The notes: generated by a model from the letters alone, not told the origin. DNA of 64,000 nt from Cyanidioschyzon merolae (GCA_000091205.1 AP006493.2), one strand, 5' to 3'. Shown: positions 10,993-23,022, counted from the first letter of the stretch. A program made the numbers and translations.

Positions 10993-12336
10993 ATACTGAG
11001 CTACACGCTTTGTTCATGCCTTGAGCGTTCTCTTCCAAAGTATCATTCGATGTATCGTTGTGCTATTCAGAATTTGTAATCAGAGCTTACGGAATTTCGT
11101 GTGCAGTTGCAGGATTCTCGGTTGGTTTCCCGGGATGACGACTGCGATCCTCGGCAGACGGACTTTCTTATGTCGCTGGAATCCAGATGGATCGCGGCGT
11201 TTTACAAAATGAGCTCCCTCCATAGCCCCTATCAATAACATGTCCATACGAGAGAGTCTTCGCTCGTGTGCCTGCTCTCCGCTTTCCATGCTCAATCCAC
11301 GCACTGTTCACCGTTTCGATCATGCTGTTTGACGGCAGATCGTCGGTGCTGCGCAACCGCACCGCTGCATGGTCAAGCGAGAATCCTCAAGGTCGACCTC
11401 CAACGATTCCTCCACAAGCTCATACGGGAACCGCTGTGAACTCGTCACGCCCATTGATCGATTCCGTTCCACATTCGAGTACGCTGCTCGTTGTAGCCAG
11501 ACATGAGACAACGTTCGAGTGCAACATGATACCTGTCGCAGGATATGCATCTAGAGGCTCCCTGTCGCTTCCGTCTGTACGCAGACGGATCTCGGACTCG
11601 GACGTCAAGCATCGCAGTGATCGCTTCCAGTGGAGCGTGCGTCACCGCTCAGTACGACAGGTGCAGTGACGCACCCGAGTTTCCCGGCCAGCGTACATGC
11701 CTGCTTTTTGGTTCCGCTGCTTGTCTCATCATGGACAAGAGCGCGGTCCATAGATCCCTCATCGACGATGACGTCGAGCGGTTGTCTATGCAGCGGACAT
11801 CGTCGTCGCTGCGGGAATCGCAAATAAGGAGCACATGCTCGTGAGGCAAGGTACCTGGTGTGGACCCGGAGGCGTGCATTCGCGGAAGCCTTCTGTACCG
11901 GTCTACGGTACGCATCGTGCGATGAAGGAGGTGTTACCCTGCTCCAGTACAGCGCGTTGGAAGCGGAATACTGGCCAATATACTTAGAATGCGTGAATAG
12001 CCTCCAATTTCATGACGAAGAAGGTCACACACTGAGACTGTATACGAAGAAGATGCGAATGGCATGCGAAGCATAGATCGTTACGTTTTCCTGTGCGTGA
12101 AACGTTTGTACAGCAGCCAGGAGCAACGCCATGCGGCCTAGGACGCTGCCATGAACACCCCTCGACGTCCTGAAACATATCTGGCGGGAGAAAGAAGACC
12201 GATCCATTTCAGGGTCGGAGATAAGAGGGAGCGATCGAGAGCAGTCGCATGAAAAGCCCACAATGGTCAGTACTGATTACATCAGGAACTGTCCCAAGAA
12301 TCCTTTTTTGTTTTCGTCCTGGAGCACCCGTTGCAT
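10993..12336. repeat. Right arm of the inverted repeat, reverse-complement copy of 3388-4738
   Basis: Reciprocal ORF twins. Only a few substitutions are visible, for example HETAFECNM versus HETTFECNM. Confidence 0.85.
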
Positions 12337-12471
12337 TTTAGTCTGACATATGGTTGCATCAACGCCGAGCCATCTCGCCATGAGACAACTGCGGGCAACC
12401 AGCCGCGGCGTTTTGGCAGTTTGGCGCACTGGGTACGCTCCGCGCAGTCTCCTCGGGAGAAAACTACGGAT

Positions 12472-13983
12472 ATGCTCGTTTCGGAAAGAAACAAGCTTCG
12501 CAACCTTGTGACCCTTCTGGTACTTGTTTATATCATCATCCATGAAATATGCTGTCATAAGCACTGGCAACAAACAGCTGGGATCGCGGGTCCACTGTCG
12601 GAGACAGCTGCACCACTGCGTTGGGAGCATCGTGCCTGGAACGCGATCGCTCGTGCCACCAACCTAGCTGTCGCTCGAACTAGGCGCGGAAGCAGTCGAG
12701 ACCGTTGGTTCCACGAGTATGGAAACTGGTGGGCCTCCTCTGTTCGCTTGGGCAATGTTCTAGGTCGGTCGCCGCGCGAGCCTATAGGCCGCTACACCCT
12801 CCGCCAAGAGTGGTCCTGGTTTGTGGAGTTGCTTGAAGAGAGTCTCGAGGTGGATTCTGTTGCACCAACAGGCCAGTTTGAAGGCACAGGTATTGTGATG
12901 GCGATCGGAAGGCCGCAGCGCTATGCGATTCCAGCACTTGTCACCTTGCGGTTGCTGCGACTGCTCGGCTGTCGCCTGCCTGTCGAGTTCTGGTACTCGA
13001 GCGCCCGTGGCGAGTCGCCGTTCGACAGCGGCCTCGAGGCGGCGCTCCGACGCATGAATCGAGTCCCTGATACCAAAGGTACCGCCAATGAGGCACCCAT
13101 ATATTTTCGTGATCTCGACACCGTGGTGCCTCGCCAACGGGACCTCGGTGGTTGGGAGTCGCTCTTCGCTATCAAACCGCTTGCGATCGCGTTCAGCAGA
13201 TTCGCTCATGTGCTGTACCTGGATGCGGATGCCCACCCGCTACGCGACCCTACCTATCTCTTCTCGCTGTTTGCTCCTGAAGCGGTGTCGGAAACGAGGT
13301 CGAGTCGAATACCGACAGCCGTGTTCTGGCCGGACTACTGGATCATGCCCGTCGATCATCCAGCGTTTTCCATTTTCCGAGTAGTGCCGCGAACATGGCG
13401 CGAACGACGAGAACAGGAGAGCAGTGTCCTGCTCGTTGATAAGAGCGATGTTCATGAATCCTGGATACCTTTGATGCTTTCTGTGATGCTCAACGTGCGA
13501 TCCGATTACACCTACCAGTACTTGCACGGTGATAAGGATACATTCCGATTCGCTTGGATGGCACTGGATGCTCCGTTTGATCGTATAGAGGTACCACCCG
13601 CGGCAGCTGGGCACTGGTCCTCCGAGGGCCTCTTCCACGGTACCACCATGGTCCAGCATGACCCCAACGGGAAGCCTCTCGTCCTCCATCATAATCTGGA
13701 GAAGCTCGATGCCTGCAGCTTGGATCGCAGCGCCCGGTGGTGGCCCTCGGGTCGTCTCTGGGACGCTGTACAGTTTGGTGGCCAAGCGAACTGGACCACC
13801 CAGGGACGCTGGATCGGGCCTTCGTCTCGGATTTGTTTCACCGGCACTCGAGTGAAAACAGTGCCGTTCGAAGAGTACATCGGACAGGATTTCGAAACGC
13901 AATTTTTTCGACCAGCGTTGGACGCAGTCCTCACGGACGCTTTCGCGAAGCGCCACCGATGGAGTCGCTGCCGGGCCGCTTGA
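12472..13983 (+). CDS. Type II membrane glycosyltransferase, GT-A fold with a DXD motif. The longest ORF starts at 12331, inside the repeat arm.
   Basis: N-terminal signal anchor LVTLLVLVYIIIH, then a lumenal domain with VLYLDADAHPL (hydrophobic-YLDxD), typical of GT-A nucleotide-sugar transferases. I preferred the downstream Met at 12472 because 12331 lies inside the inverted repeat. Confidence 0.55.
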   Translation: MLVSERNKLRNLVTLLVLVYIIIHEICCHKHWQQTAGIAGPLSETAAPLRWEHRAWNAIARATNLAVARTRRGSSRDRWFHEYGNWWASSVRLGNVLGRSPREPIGRYTLRQEWSWFVELLEESLEVDSVAPTGQFEGTGIVMAIGRPQRYAIPALVTLRLLRLLGCRLPVEFWYSSARGESPFDSGLEAALRRMNRVPDTKGTANEAPIYFRDLDTVVPRQRDLGGWESLFAIKPLAIAFSRFAHVLYLDADAHPLRDPTYLFSLFAPEAVSETRSSRIPTAVFWPDYWIMPVDHPAFSIFRVVPRTWRERREQESSVLLVDKSDVHESWIPLMLSVMLNVRSDYTYQYLHGDKDTFRFAWMALDAPFDRIEVPPAAAGHWSSEGLFHGTTMVQHDPNGKPLVLHHNLEKLDACSLDRSARWWPSGRLWDAVQFGGQANWTTQGRWIGPSSRICFTGTRVKTVPFEEYIGQDFETQFFRPALDAVLTDAFAKRHRWSRCRAA

Positions 13984-15273
13984 CAGCTCAGCGCTCCGGA
14001 TCCTATAAACAACACAATCATGACAGCAGTTCAATCCGGCTGAGCAGTTCTGATGATTTGCACGTCGCGAAAGCCAACTGTTGGACTTTCAGTCTATGCC
14101 TCCTTCGGACCAAGATGAGCAGCAACGGAATATGCATTTTCGGGGGCGTTTCCAGGTTGCATCCGGTGCAACGCAATGCCGTATTGCTTTTGAGTTGCTG
14201 AAACGAGCAGAGCGCCTCTCTCTCTCTCTAAAGCATCGCGACTGCCGTCTTTTGTTTTATGATCGCGGGTACTCAACACTGGGCAGACGTAACCGATGAC
14301 GTCGCTGGCCCATGAACACGCGAGCGTGGCACCAGTGGAGCCGCCCCGAGCGCCAACTCCAGTGGCACGCGCTCCGGTCCAGCGATGCGTCTCTCGCGTG
14401 GTGTACGGACGATAGACCTAAGGAGGATCCAGCGGATTCGCGCTTGCTATGGGCATTCGGCGTAGACAGGCTGTGATATTCGCCGGTGAATGTAACACGG
14501 ATTCTCGTGCCTGTCGATGCACAGCAGCGCACCCTCCACAGCATACAGAGGCACGCGCCTACGACGCTACGCACAGCGGCCTGCGAGCGGAACAGGCACC
14601 GCGTCCCTGGACATATCCGCCGCGTCGAAGAGTTCCTGATGTGTTCATCCTGTTAGCATGCCTATTCTGGTGGAATCGCGTCTCGATAGACCATAGTTCA
14701 ACGAATGTATGGCGTTGCTATAGAGCAGTTTTGCCGATTGCATGCAGAAAGCGTCATGATTCAGAACTGCTGCCAAAGTAACCAGCGCGTGCGGATTTTG
14801 GCTCCCTTGAACAAGAATGTTTTTCCAGATGGAACATACCGAGCAAGGAACCAGGATCTGCATGTTTCCTTTGTCTCGAATGAGCGTCGACTGTCGGATT
14901 CATGTGGCAGCGAGCGTCGGTACTCGATCGTGCGTGGGTGCAGCGCTTTTTTTCCGGACACGCTCTTCATGCAGCGGGTTTGTGTCACCTGTTACATCCG
15001 AAAAACGACTCGAAACTGGGAGCCAGGTCGCTTTGGGGACGCAGCGAGTGTGCGCGGCCGCTTCGCAAAAGCACATGTCGAAAGGAAAGAGCGTTCTCGG
15101 AGACCCGATGCCATCATGCTGATTTGTAGCCGTTCGCAGCACAACCAACAAGTGCGATCGTCCGGTGATTGCTCGCTGGCGTCTATGCGGACCGGGGCTC
15201 GACCGCAGGACTCGTGCTCTCGCCAATGAAACGACGACTGCTGTACGCGCTCTTTCCGTCTTTCCCACTCTCA

Positions 15274-15292
15274 CTGTGTGTGTGTGTGTGTA
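15274..15292. repeat. (TG)~9 microsatellite
   Basis: ctgtgtgtgtgtgtgtgtgt. Confidence 0.9.
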
Positions 15293-15602
15293 TGAGTGTA
15301 TGTTGAGAGGCGATGCTCCAGGCTCCACAGCGGTAGATGCTGCGCTGTGGGCATGCATCGAATTCAACCGAACAAAATGCCCTGGTGTCCATGAAAACCG
15401 TCCACCATGATCCGTGACTGCGTTTCCAAGCAGCATCCCAAGGCATGGCGGCAGCAGCGAGGCTCCCGTGCCATCCTCCATACCACCCTCAGCGATCAGT
15501 CGCCAGTTCCATGATCACAAGCGGTTCGATACGGGATCATCATCTCGAGCGCAGTCGCCATCATTATCTGGGATGCGAAGCTGCCGGCATAGGCCCGGAC
15601 TT

Positions 15603-17960
15603 TTAGCCGCTGTCGGCTATCCCGATGATTTCATCGTCCACCGCGAATGCAAATCCCTCCACGGCGATACCGCACTCCTGGCCTTTCCGCACCTGGGCAA
15701 CATCTTCGCGATAATGCTTGAGAGAGCTGATACGCGCCTCATGAACACATTGTCCTTGTCGAAGAATCCGCACTGGATGACGCCTGTAGATAACGCCATC
15801 GATCACGCGGCAACCGCCGATAATAAGTGCGTCAGCGACCCGCTTGCCGGCGTTGTATGTGAAGACCTGCTGCACTCGAGCTCTGCCAGTGGCAACCGGA
15901 GCCTGGGGCTCGTCGCTCTGGGCCCGTCGCTGTTGCTGCTGGATGTCGTCGAGGATCTCGTAGATCACCGTGAAGCACTTGACAGGTACATGATGCCTAG
16001 CCGCCAATTCCGCGATTGCCCTCGGTACCTTGGTCTGGAAGGCAATGATTTGCGCCGGACGATCCAGAGAAGACGACGCCAGGAGAATATCGGCCTTGCA
16101 TACCGCTCCAGTTGAAGCAAGCATGATGTGAATGGGGAAATTCGGGGTGCTCATGCGCTGCACCGCTTGCGCTACCGCCTCTACGGTACCTCGATAGGTA
16201 CCACGAATGATCAGCTCGAGACCCGTTGTATGTGCGGTTCCCGAGCGCGTGGCTTCGCTACCGCGTGCAGCGGTGCTCGCTGGGGTCTCCAGCGCCGCAG
16301 TGGATCGCTCAGATCGTACGAAAGCTTTGGCAGCCTCTTCACTATCAACAGTTCGAACAATACTGCCGGGCTCGACGGGGATCTCTGAGTCGTCTTCGTT
16401 GCGACGCACCCCGATGACGGTCACCGGCTGTGTCGGCCATGCCTCTTGGATTTTTCGCCCGTGCTCGTCCAAGAGAAGCCGTACGCGTCCCCAGGCGGCA
16501 GGTGTTGCCAGGATATCTCCGGAACACAATTTCCCGTGTCGGAATAGACAGTCTAGCACGAGACCATAGCCTCGATCCATGCGCGCCTCGAGGCACACGC
16601 CCTCCGCGGCACCTTGTATGCTTGTCGTCCGTTCTGCCTCTAAAACAGCAGCTTGCAGGAGAATCGCCTCCACGAGTCGATCGAGATGTAGTCGCTTCAG
16701 AGCTGAAATCTCTACGCACTGCACATCACCGCCAAGCGCTTCAACACAGAGACCAGCCTGCTCCTCGAGTGCCTTGTAGATCGCCATGCCTCGGCCCTTG
16801 ATCTTGTCGCACTTGTTCAACGCGACGATGATCGGTACTGCAGCTGCACGAGCGTGGTGAATAGCCTCCAGCGTCTGCGGCATCACGCCGTCGTCAGCAG
16901 CAATCACCAGCACGACAATATCCGTCACAGAGGCCCCGCGTGCTCGCATCTCGGTGAACGCCTCATGACCTGGCGTATCCAGAAAGGTTATCCAAGGCAC
17001 CGAGGGTACGTCAGCACTCTGTCCAAGGATGCGCTCCCAGAATACTCGAAATGCGCGAATATTTTGGGTGATTCCACCGGCTTCCTCTCCAGCGAGTTGC
17101 GTCTCGCGTAGCGCATCGAGTAGCGTTGTCTTGCCGTGGTTGACGTGCCCCATAACCGTCACGATGGGTGGACGCAACCATGTATTGGTCGCGGGGGTTT
17201 TCGCAGCATCTACTATGTGTTCCACTGGACCAGCTTTCGTTGCCGATATGCCTAGATGGCGTATGTATCGAGCGCACAGAGCCGTACTGCGGCTGGGTGA
17301 GCGCCACTGGCACTGGGCACGTCTCTGAAGCTGCACTTGCCGCAGGCTCGGTATCCGGGGGCCACGTACCTCTACAGAGCCTTGCGCTCGACTGGATACG
17401 ATTCGCAAACATTTCGAGTCGTCTGTAAAAAGAGACTCCCGCTGGCGACGAGGTTTCTCGTGTGGACGCCCGAGGCGCTGCTGCAACGACCGCAGGGTGC
17501 GGGATGCGCTGCGCTGGAAGGCGCCTCGGCCCACCGCAGTCCCAAAGCTGGTACCGTACCCGTGTTGAAGGATTTTCGCATCAGCGAAGTGACTCGACAC
17601 TCTGGTATGTCGCACTAGGGACGATGCGTAGCTTTCGAATCGTGCAGGCAGTTTGAGTGCTGCTTCAGCTGCGCCTCTAGCTGGAGGAAGCGAGCTGCCA
17701 GCGCTGTTCCCACGCAGAACTTTGTCCAATGCTCCCACGCTTGATCTGCTCCTCCAGCACTGCAGATGTCGCCAACAGACATCACCAAGTCCATTCGCGT
17801 CTATAACTTGCTGTAAAGTGCCTCCCGATTCGCCTCTGCTTAGAGGGCGCTGGTGAAGAACGCGTCCAGTACTGGGCGGCGCCTGCGCTCGCAAAACCTC
17901 TGAAACGTTCTTTAGGTTACCGCACAAAGCGCTGAAACAAGATCGTAGTGGTAAAAACAT
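15603..17960 (-). CDS. Translation initiation factor IF-2, organellar (mitochondrial) type
   Basis: G-domain [19 protein letters not shown]...DTPGHEAF...NKCD. IF2 beta-barrel and C-terminal domains follow. Long N-terminal extension. Confidence 0.85.
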   Translation of the reverse strand: MFLPLRSCFSALCGNLKNVSEVLRAQAPPSTGRVLHQRPLSRGESGGTLQQVIDANGLGDVCWRHLQCWRSRSSVGALDKVLRGNSAGSSLPPARGAAEAALKLPARFESYASSLVRHTRVSSHFADAKILQHGYGTSFGTAVGRGAFQRSASRTLRSLQQRLGRPHEKPRRQRESLFTDDSKCLRIVSSRAQGSVEVRGPRIPSLRQVQLQRRAQCQWRSPSRSTALCARYIRHLGISATKAGPVEHIVDAAKTPATNTWLRPPIVTVMGHVNHGKTTLLDALRETQLAGEEAGGITQNIRAFRVFWERILGQSADVPSVPWITFLDTPGHEAFTEMRARGASVTDIVVLVIAADDGVMPQTLEAIHHARAAAVPIIVALNKCDKIKGRGMAIYKALEEQAGLCVEALGGDVQCVEISALKRLHLDRLVEAILLQAAVLEAERTTSIQGAAEGVCLEARMDRGYGLVLDCLFRHGKLCSGDILATPAAWGRVRLLLDEHGRKIQEAWPTQPVTVIGVRRNEDDSEIPVEPGSIVRTVDSEEAAKAFVRSERSTAALETPASTAARGSEATRSGTAHTTGLELIIRGTYRGTVEAVAQAVQRMSTPNFPIHIMLASTGAVCKADILLASSSLDRPAQIIAFQTKVPRAIAELAARHHVPVKCFTVIYEILDDIQQQQRRAQSDEPQAPVATGRARVQQVFTYNAGKRVADALIIGGCRVIDGVIYRRHPVRILRQGQCVHEARISSLKHYREDVAQVRKGQECGIAVEGFAFAVDDEIIGIADSG

Positions 17961-18741
17961 GTACCATTCTTCGGAGCGACCAGCGTCAGGCTTGGGTCCT
18001 TAAACGAGACCCCGCCGCTGTGCTGCCTCGGGAAAAACCTATTCGCGTTCAAGTCGAACAAGTTGACGCGGTGGCTTGCGCAGTGCAGAGTACCCGGTAA
18101 AGCTTCTCGTTCTATCAATGCACAACCACCACAACCGTTCACTGCACAGGGCAGTTGCGTTGCAGGACGGAATGAGCACGATTCGCTGTGTCACTGTGAA
18201 GCCGCTTCTGCAGGTCGGAGTCCGGTGCGTTGCAGTCGCTGCTGGCGACGGGGTCTCTTTTCGTCTTCGAGGCAGTGCGTCACCGGTGCGGAGGTGCGCC
18301 TACTCCGAGCTCGTGTCGAGTTGATTGCATCGATGCCCGAGGACCGCAGGAATGCTCCATAATGCGTCAAACGGGCAGTGAAATTGGATGAAATATATTT
18401 GAAACGGTGATACTGGAACCACTTTATCGAACGAGCAGCTGCACACATACGCATACCTCAGCCATCTGTCAAGACCGACACTTCGCTTTCGGTGTGATCT
18501 GGCTGTAAACACGCGTTTCTGAGCCTGTGAGATTCGAGGCAACGCTCTACAGCGCATATCGACGCGATGCGGTACCCAAGGTACGAAAGTTGTTGGCGCT
18601 GTTTGCCCTGGAACACTCGTGTGCCGCAGCGGCAACACCGGGATCACGCGTACCACTACCACATCGGCTATGATTTTGATGCTAATGAGCAGCACTCGAA
18701 TGTTCGGCAAGAGAGCTGATGCTGATCATCGCTTCCATCGT

Positions 18742-19899
18742 TCAGGCGGTTCGGAAGATATTGCCGAAACACTGGGTACAGTACCAGGCACCGGCGCTAT
18801 TCTGGGCAAAAGCTACCGAGCAGAGCTCGTAGTCTCCCAACATGTTCGCTCGATGCGGTGGCGAACTGATAAATAAGTTGATACACTCGTGTGCCACATG
18901 CTCCGCTTCCGTGAAAAACGCGACGTTTTCACCGCTGAACACAATACCTGCAGGTACAGGTACGATCGGATGGCTCAGGTCCTGGTCACGGAAGACGCCT
19001 GTGCGAGCCATGTACTGGGACCAGGCCAGCGCCTCGACGTAGAGGCCCTGGTTGTAGCCGAGAGGTCCGAGTCCGTTCTCAGCCCTGAACTGGTTTGTGT
19101 ACTCGAGGGCTCGCAGGCCAAGTGCTTGGATCGACGAGCTCGGTGACGGCTCTGCGCTGGACGGGCTTGATGTCGGGGGCGCTGCGGTCTCGGGCGGCAC
19201 CGCCGAGGACACAGCAGTAGGCGTCGGCGCTGGTGCTGCCGTTGGTGTAACGAACGGCGGCGGCGGTACCGGCGTCTCCACCACAACGATAACAACAGGT
19301 GTCGCAGGAGCAGCGGTTACCACCGGAGCGCTCGACTGTATCGAAACTGCCGTTGGCGTCGGCGAAGGTGTTGGTGTTGCGATTGGCGTCGTCACGCTTG
19401 TTACTGACGGGCTCGCGACTGCCTCCTGGGACACGCGTTTGCAGTCGAGACCGTCGTCGCAGATGCAACCGACTGCACCAGCCACTAGAAAGTCTCCCGT
19501 GCAGCAATAATAAACACCAGGGCCACCGACAATATTCTCTGAGAGATACGTAGCATGGCATTGGGTGCTCGAGTCACCGCACGCTGCCGCGCAGATGGCG
19601 GTTTGATCCACAGCTGTCTGACGCATCGAGAGCGAGGACAGGGGTAGCACGGCTTCGGCTTCACGTTGTGCAGCTTCCGCCAGCTCCACTAGATACGCAG
19701 CCATTTCAGCGAAACGGAGCTCAAGCTGCTGCTCCTTCAGCTGCATCTGGCGACGGATGGAGAATAGCTCCTGTATGTGGAGCACATCTTCGATGGAAAA
19801 TGCCGTTACGAGGCTCAGAAGCATCATCATAGCTAGAACACTGCACACGGCACGCCGAGGCGATAGCAAACGAACAACGCTGCGGGGAAGGCTCTCCAT
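18742..19899 (-). CDS. Secreted cysteine-rich protein with a Thr/Pro-rich mucin-like linker and a C-terminal CAP/SCP (PR-1-like) domain
   Basis: Signal peptide LAMMMLLSLVTAFS. C-x2-C-x6-C...CC cysteine module. TPTPSPTPT runs. C-terminal FSGENVAFF (CAP4 G-E-N-V), HRANML, and CSVAFAQN...YCTQCFGN. Confidence 0.5.
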   Translation of the reverse strand: MESLPRSVVRLLSPRRAVCSVLAMMMLLSLVTAFSIEDVLHIQELFSIRRQMQLKEQQLELRFAEMAAYLVELAEAAQREAEAVLPLSSLSMRQTAVDQTAICAAACGDSSTQCHATYLSENIVGGPGVYYCCTGDFLVAGAVGCICDDGLDCKRVSQEAVASPSVTSVTTPIATPTPSPTPTAVSIQSSAPVVTAAPATPVVIVVVETPVPPPPFVTPTAAPAPTPTAVSSAVPPETAAPPTSSPSSAEPSPSSSIQALGLRALEYTNQFRAENGLGPLGYNQGLYVEALAWSQYMARTGVFRDQDLSHPIVPVPAGIVFSGENVAFFTEAEHVAHECINLFISSPPHRANMLGDYELCSVAFAQNSAGAWYCTQCFGNIFRTA

Positions 19900-20240
19900 A
19901 TCGTAGAGAACAGTCGCAAATGTTCTGCTTGTTCAGACGTTAGTGTATGCACAGAGACACGCGCTCCCGGCAGCAACAATGCCAGGACTTGGGTGAGACG
20001 TTTCGCTGGTAGACCACCTTTCATATGGAGAGATGGAAGGCACGCGCGTTCCTGGCACGAGCAACGGTGGCAGCTTCGAGGATGGCACCGGCCTGCGGGC
20101 CCCGCAGCGCCACGGCGCGCGGCAGCACCGCGCGATCCGCGTAACGGATGTCCGTTTTGCCAGCGGGCAGCGGCAGCGATGGCATCGTGCGTCGCAGGAT
20201 CGCAAACGCGCATCACCAGCGCGTTCCGCGATTTTGCCGT

Positions 20241-20366
20241 GCGCGTTTGTTGATGTCCGTATTATACATGAATGTCGCTGTTGAGAAGGTCGAATCACGA
20301 TCGGTGCGTTTGTTTATGTCCGTACTATACATGAATGTCGCTATTGAGAAGGTCGAATCACGATTG
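20241..20366. repeat. 63-bp tandem repeat, 2 copies, in the divergent intergenic region between the paralogous secreted-protein genes
   Basis: gcgcgtttgttgatgtccgtattatacatgaatgtcgctgttgagaaggtcgaatcacgat is repeated with 4-5 substitutions. Confidence 0.85.
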
Positions 20367-20552
20367 CTGGTATACGGCTCGTAGCTGGGTGCGCGATCCG
20401 GCATCGAGAAGCGCGCTGGAAGCATCTGCGCGGCCACTGGATGAAACGGAAACTGGTGGGATCGGTCCCGAAGGAGAAACGTTACTCGGGTCTGGTGGTG
20501 CGCATCGCCAGTACGTTGCGTTGCGGAGAGGATGCGGCGCGGGTGAGCTGCA

Positions 20553-20580
20553 CCGAACCGAACCGAACCGAACCGAACCG
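20553..20580. repeat. (CCGAA)5 pentanucleotide microsatellite
   Basis: ccgaaccgaaccgaaccgaaccgaaccg. Confidence 0.9.
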
Positions 20581-20803
20581 AGCTCAACTGAACGCAGGGC
20601 TCTTTTCTTGGAAACCGTTTCATCGCTGCGCTGTGCGCGCTTGGCATCGCGTTGTCCGAGAGCGGTAACGGTTTGTTTCCGGTGAGCCGTGATATATGGT
20701 GTGCATGGTGGTTTTTTGCGAGTGGAGCTTTGGAAAGCGAACAGGTTTCGCCAAGATTGTAGTCTAAACAGCACTAATCACAGAAGTAGCTTATCAAGGC
20801 AAA

Positions 20804-21859
20804 GTGAGGTTCATGAGTTCTTACATGCTGCAGCGCGAACGAGGCTCACGTGCACCATGTTATTCGATGGCGCGCTGCCGAGTTCCTGCGAGAAACCGCC
20901 TTCACCGCTGGGTGCTCCTATTTTTCAGTGTGTTCGTGCTGTGGTTCGCGGCCCAAAGCATGCTTGTTCTGGGACACGCAGAAGAAGAATTTATACCACA
21001 GAGAGCAGTGAATCAACCAGAGCTGGTGCAAGACTCGAGAGCGCTAGCGGCGACTGCGGCAGCGCCGCTGCAAGCAATGCGGCTTGAAGCTGGAACGCCG
21101 GCTCCAACGACGGGTATTCCTTATTCCGCGCTCTCGCCGAGCGTGCTAAGCACCGCCCAACAAGCAGCACTTTGCGCGGAGCTCTGCCCGAATGCAGTCA
21201 CGACCTGCGCAATCAAGTTCATCTACGGCACCGGAACGACCTGTTGTTGCTCGGGGGCGTTCTTTGTCCGTGGCAGCATTGGACACCTTTGTAGCGACCA
21301 ATCCATTCCCAAACTCGTCCCCGAGTCGCTGCTCAACCAAGTCATCACCGCAGCGAATGCATCGAGTACCGGTGTTGAGGATAAGCCGCCCGGAGCGATT
21401 ACCAAGGCGAATGCCAGTGCGCTGCATCTCGCTGGGCGCAGCGGTCTCGACCGGATAAACCAAGTGCGCGCTGCTCAGCGCAGAGAGCCCATTATTTGGA
21501 GTCAAGCGGTCTACGAGAGTGTTTCTTTCTGGCTCTCTTATCTGGATACAACCCATCTCTTCATTACGCAAAACTTGGGCAAACCAGCAAAGCCCTTTCC
21601 GCCCGGTGCACTGTTCCTTGCAGAGGTGGTGCTCGCTCAGCGCCTTCCTGAGAATGTCACCGCAGAGGAGGCTGGCATAGCTTGCGGAAACGCCCTGCTC
21701 AACGGGAACATTTCGGCGGAGATCACACTGGCAAACTATGAATTCGGCGCTGTGGGTACCATGCCGCGTTCCTCAGGTCCCGAGTGGCTATGCTCTATCA
21801 GTCTCGGAAACATGTTTCGATACGGCGGGACAAGTTTCCCCAATGCAACGGGTTCATAG
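20804..21859 (+). CDS. Paralogue of 18742-19899: signal-anchored, cysteine-rich, CAP/SCP-like C-terminal domain
   Basis: Same cysteine module (CAELCPNAVTTC...TCCCSGAFFVRGSIGHLCSD versus CAAACGDSSTQC...YYCCTGDFLVAGAVGCICDD). C-terminal INQVRAAQRREPIIWSQAVYESVSFWLSYL aligns to TNQFRAENGLGPLGYNQGLYVEALAWSQYM. LCSISLGNMF aligns to YCTQCFGNIF. Confidence 0.5.
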   Translation: MRFMSSYMLQRERGSRAPCYSMARCRVPARNRLHRWVLLFFSVFVLWFAAQSMLVLGHAEEEFIPQRAVNQPELVQDSRALAATAAAPLQAMRLEAGTPAPTTGIPYSALSPSVLSTAQQAALCAELCPNAVTTCAIKFIYGTGTTCCCSGAFFVRGSIGHLCSDQSIPKLVPESLLNQVITAANASSTGVEDKPPGAITKANASALHLAGRSGLDRINQVRAAQRREPIIWSQAVYESVSFWLSYLDTTHLFITQNLGKPAKPFPPGALFLAEVVLAQRLPENVTAEEAGIACGNALLNGNISAEITLANYEFGAVGTMPRSSGPEWLCSISLGNMFRYGGTSFPNATGS

Positions 21860-23022
21860 CGTGTCGATCCGGGGCGCCCTGACCACGACATAGTCGCCTC
21901 GTGAATACGATCCGGGTCTGGCCAAAGAAGCCAGGCACGCCTTGCGCTCTATCGCAGGGTGCTTCACCTCAGCTAAAGAGCACGTTTCCTCCAGCTTTGG
22001 CTACGGGTAGATGCCGAATCCGTCTGCTTTTTGAAATATTTCGGCTGGTTCCCTGCCCTTCAGTTGGCCCCGTGCGCCGACAACAGCTTTTGCACCATTC
22101 GCGTCGTAGTCATGAATCCGTTGCCAGGTCGTACGTATGTTCTTGGTACTTTACTTAAGGGCTCTAATGCTTCATGCAATGAGCAGTGCCCTGACGACCT
22201 GTACGTTGCTACGCGCCCGGTCAAATCCGAGGCTCATGGCATTCCGTTCGGCAATGTCCAGACTCCAAACAAACGAAAGACCCCGAGTGCTTCCTCAGTA
22301 TCTGAATAGATACGCTCGATTCGCAGCGCTTGGCACTTTTTCTCGACACAAAATCCACCCTGATCATAGAACAGAAGCAAGCGCAACGATGCTGGCACGC
22401 GAAGACGTGCGTCTCGTGGCAGGTACATCTAAACGTATCCATGTAAACGCAGGCGGATAGTCACAAAGTCCATGCAGATTGGCCATGCCTTGCGCTTCAC
22501 AGATGGACTGCAGTTCCATCCCCCGGGCATCTGCATATAACGCTCCGTAGGAAGCAATGTTGGCTGCTGCGAATGTCACTGGTGCTCGAGGCGCTCGGAC
22601 AGTGGCGTGCTCACAGCTGCGATGATGACCGTTTCAGCCTCAAACAAAACTCTCCCAAGCAGGCAATTATTTTGGACGTCACGGAATCACACCCGCTATC
22701 CTCGACCTTGGAAAGCTGAGTAGTCGCATCTTGGGCAGTACCTGCAAACGTGCGCCTGCCTCTGATGTCACTGTCAGCGTTGTGTGCTACTGGTCTCGGG
22801 AAGGCACACGCGGCTGCATTCGCAAGCAGCCTCGTCACATGAGAATCGTAGTGCTTATCATCGAGAGTTTCACACGAAACGATCGCTGGCTTCCTCGAAA
22901 GACGTTCCCTTCTGAACCGACATGCGCGCTAAACTGCAGTGCGAGACTGCCCCGCAGCTAGTGCCCACTCGAGCCCCACCTGGTCGACAAGAATGTCCAT
23001 ATGCATAGCCAGTACTTTCCGC

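Noticed and set aside
14900-15481. 193-aa minus-strand ORF
   Set aside because: It contains the (TG)n microsatellite translated as HTHTHTV. It has no domain and sits in the intergenic region upstream of IF-2.
20241-20580. Tandem repeats or microsatellites considered as a possible CRISPR-like array
   Set aside because: Only 2 copies with no spacers, or a simple pentanucleotide run. The context is eukaryotic. They are ordinary tandem duplications or SSRs.
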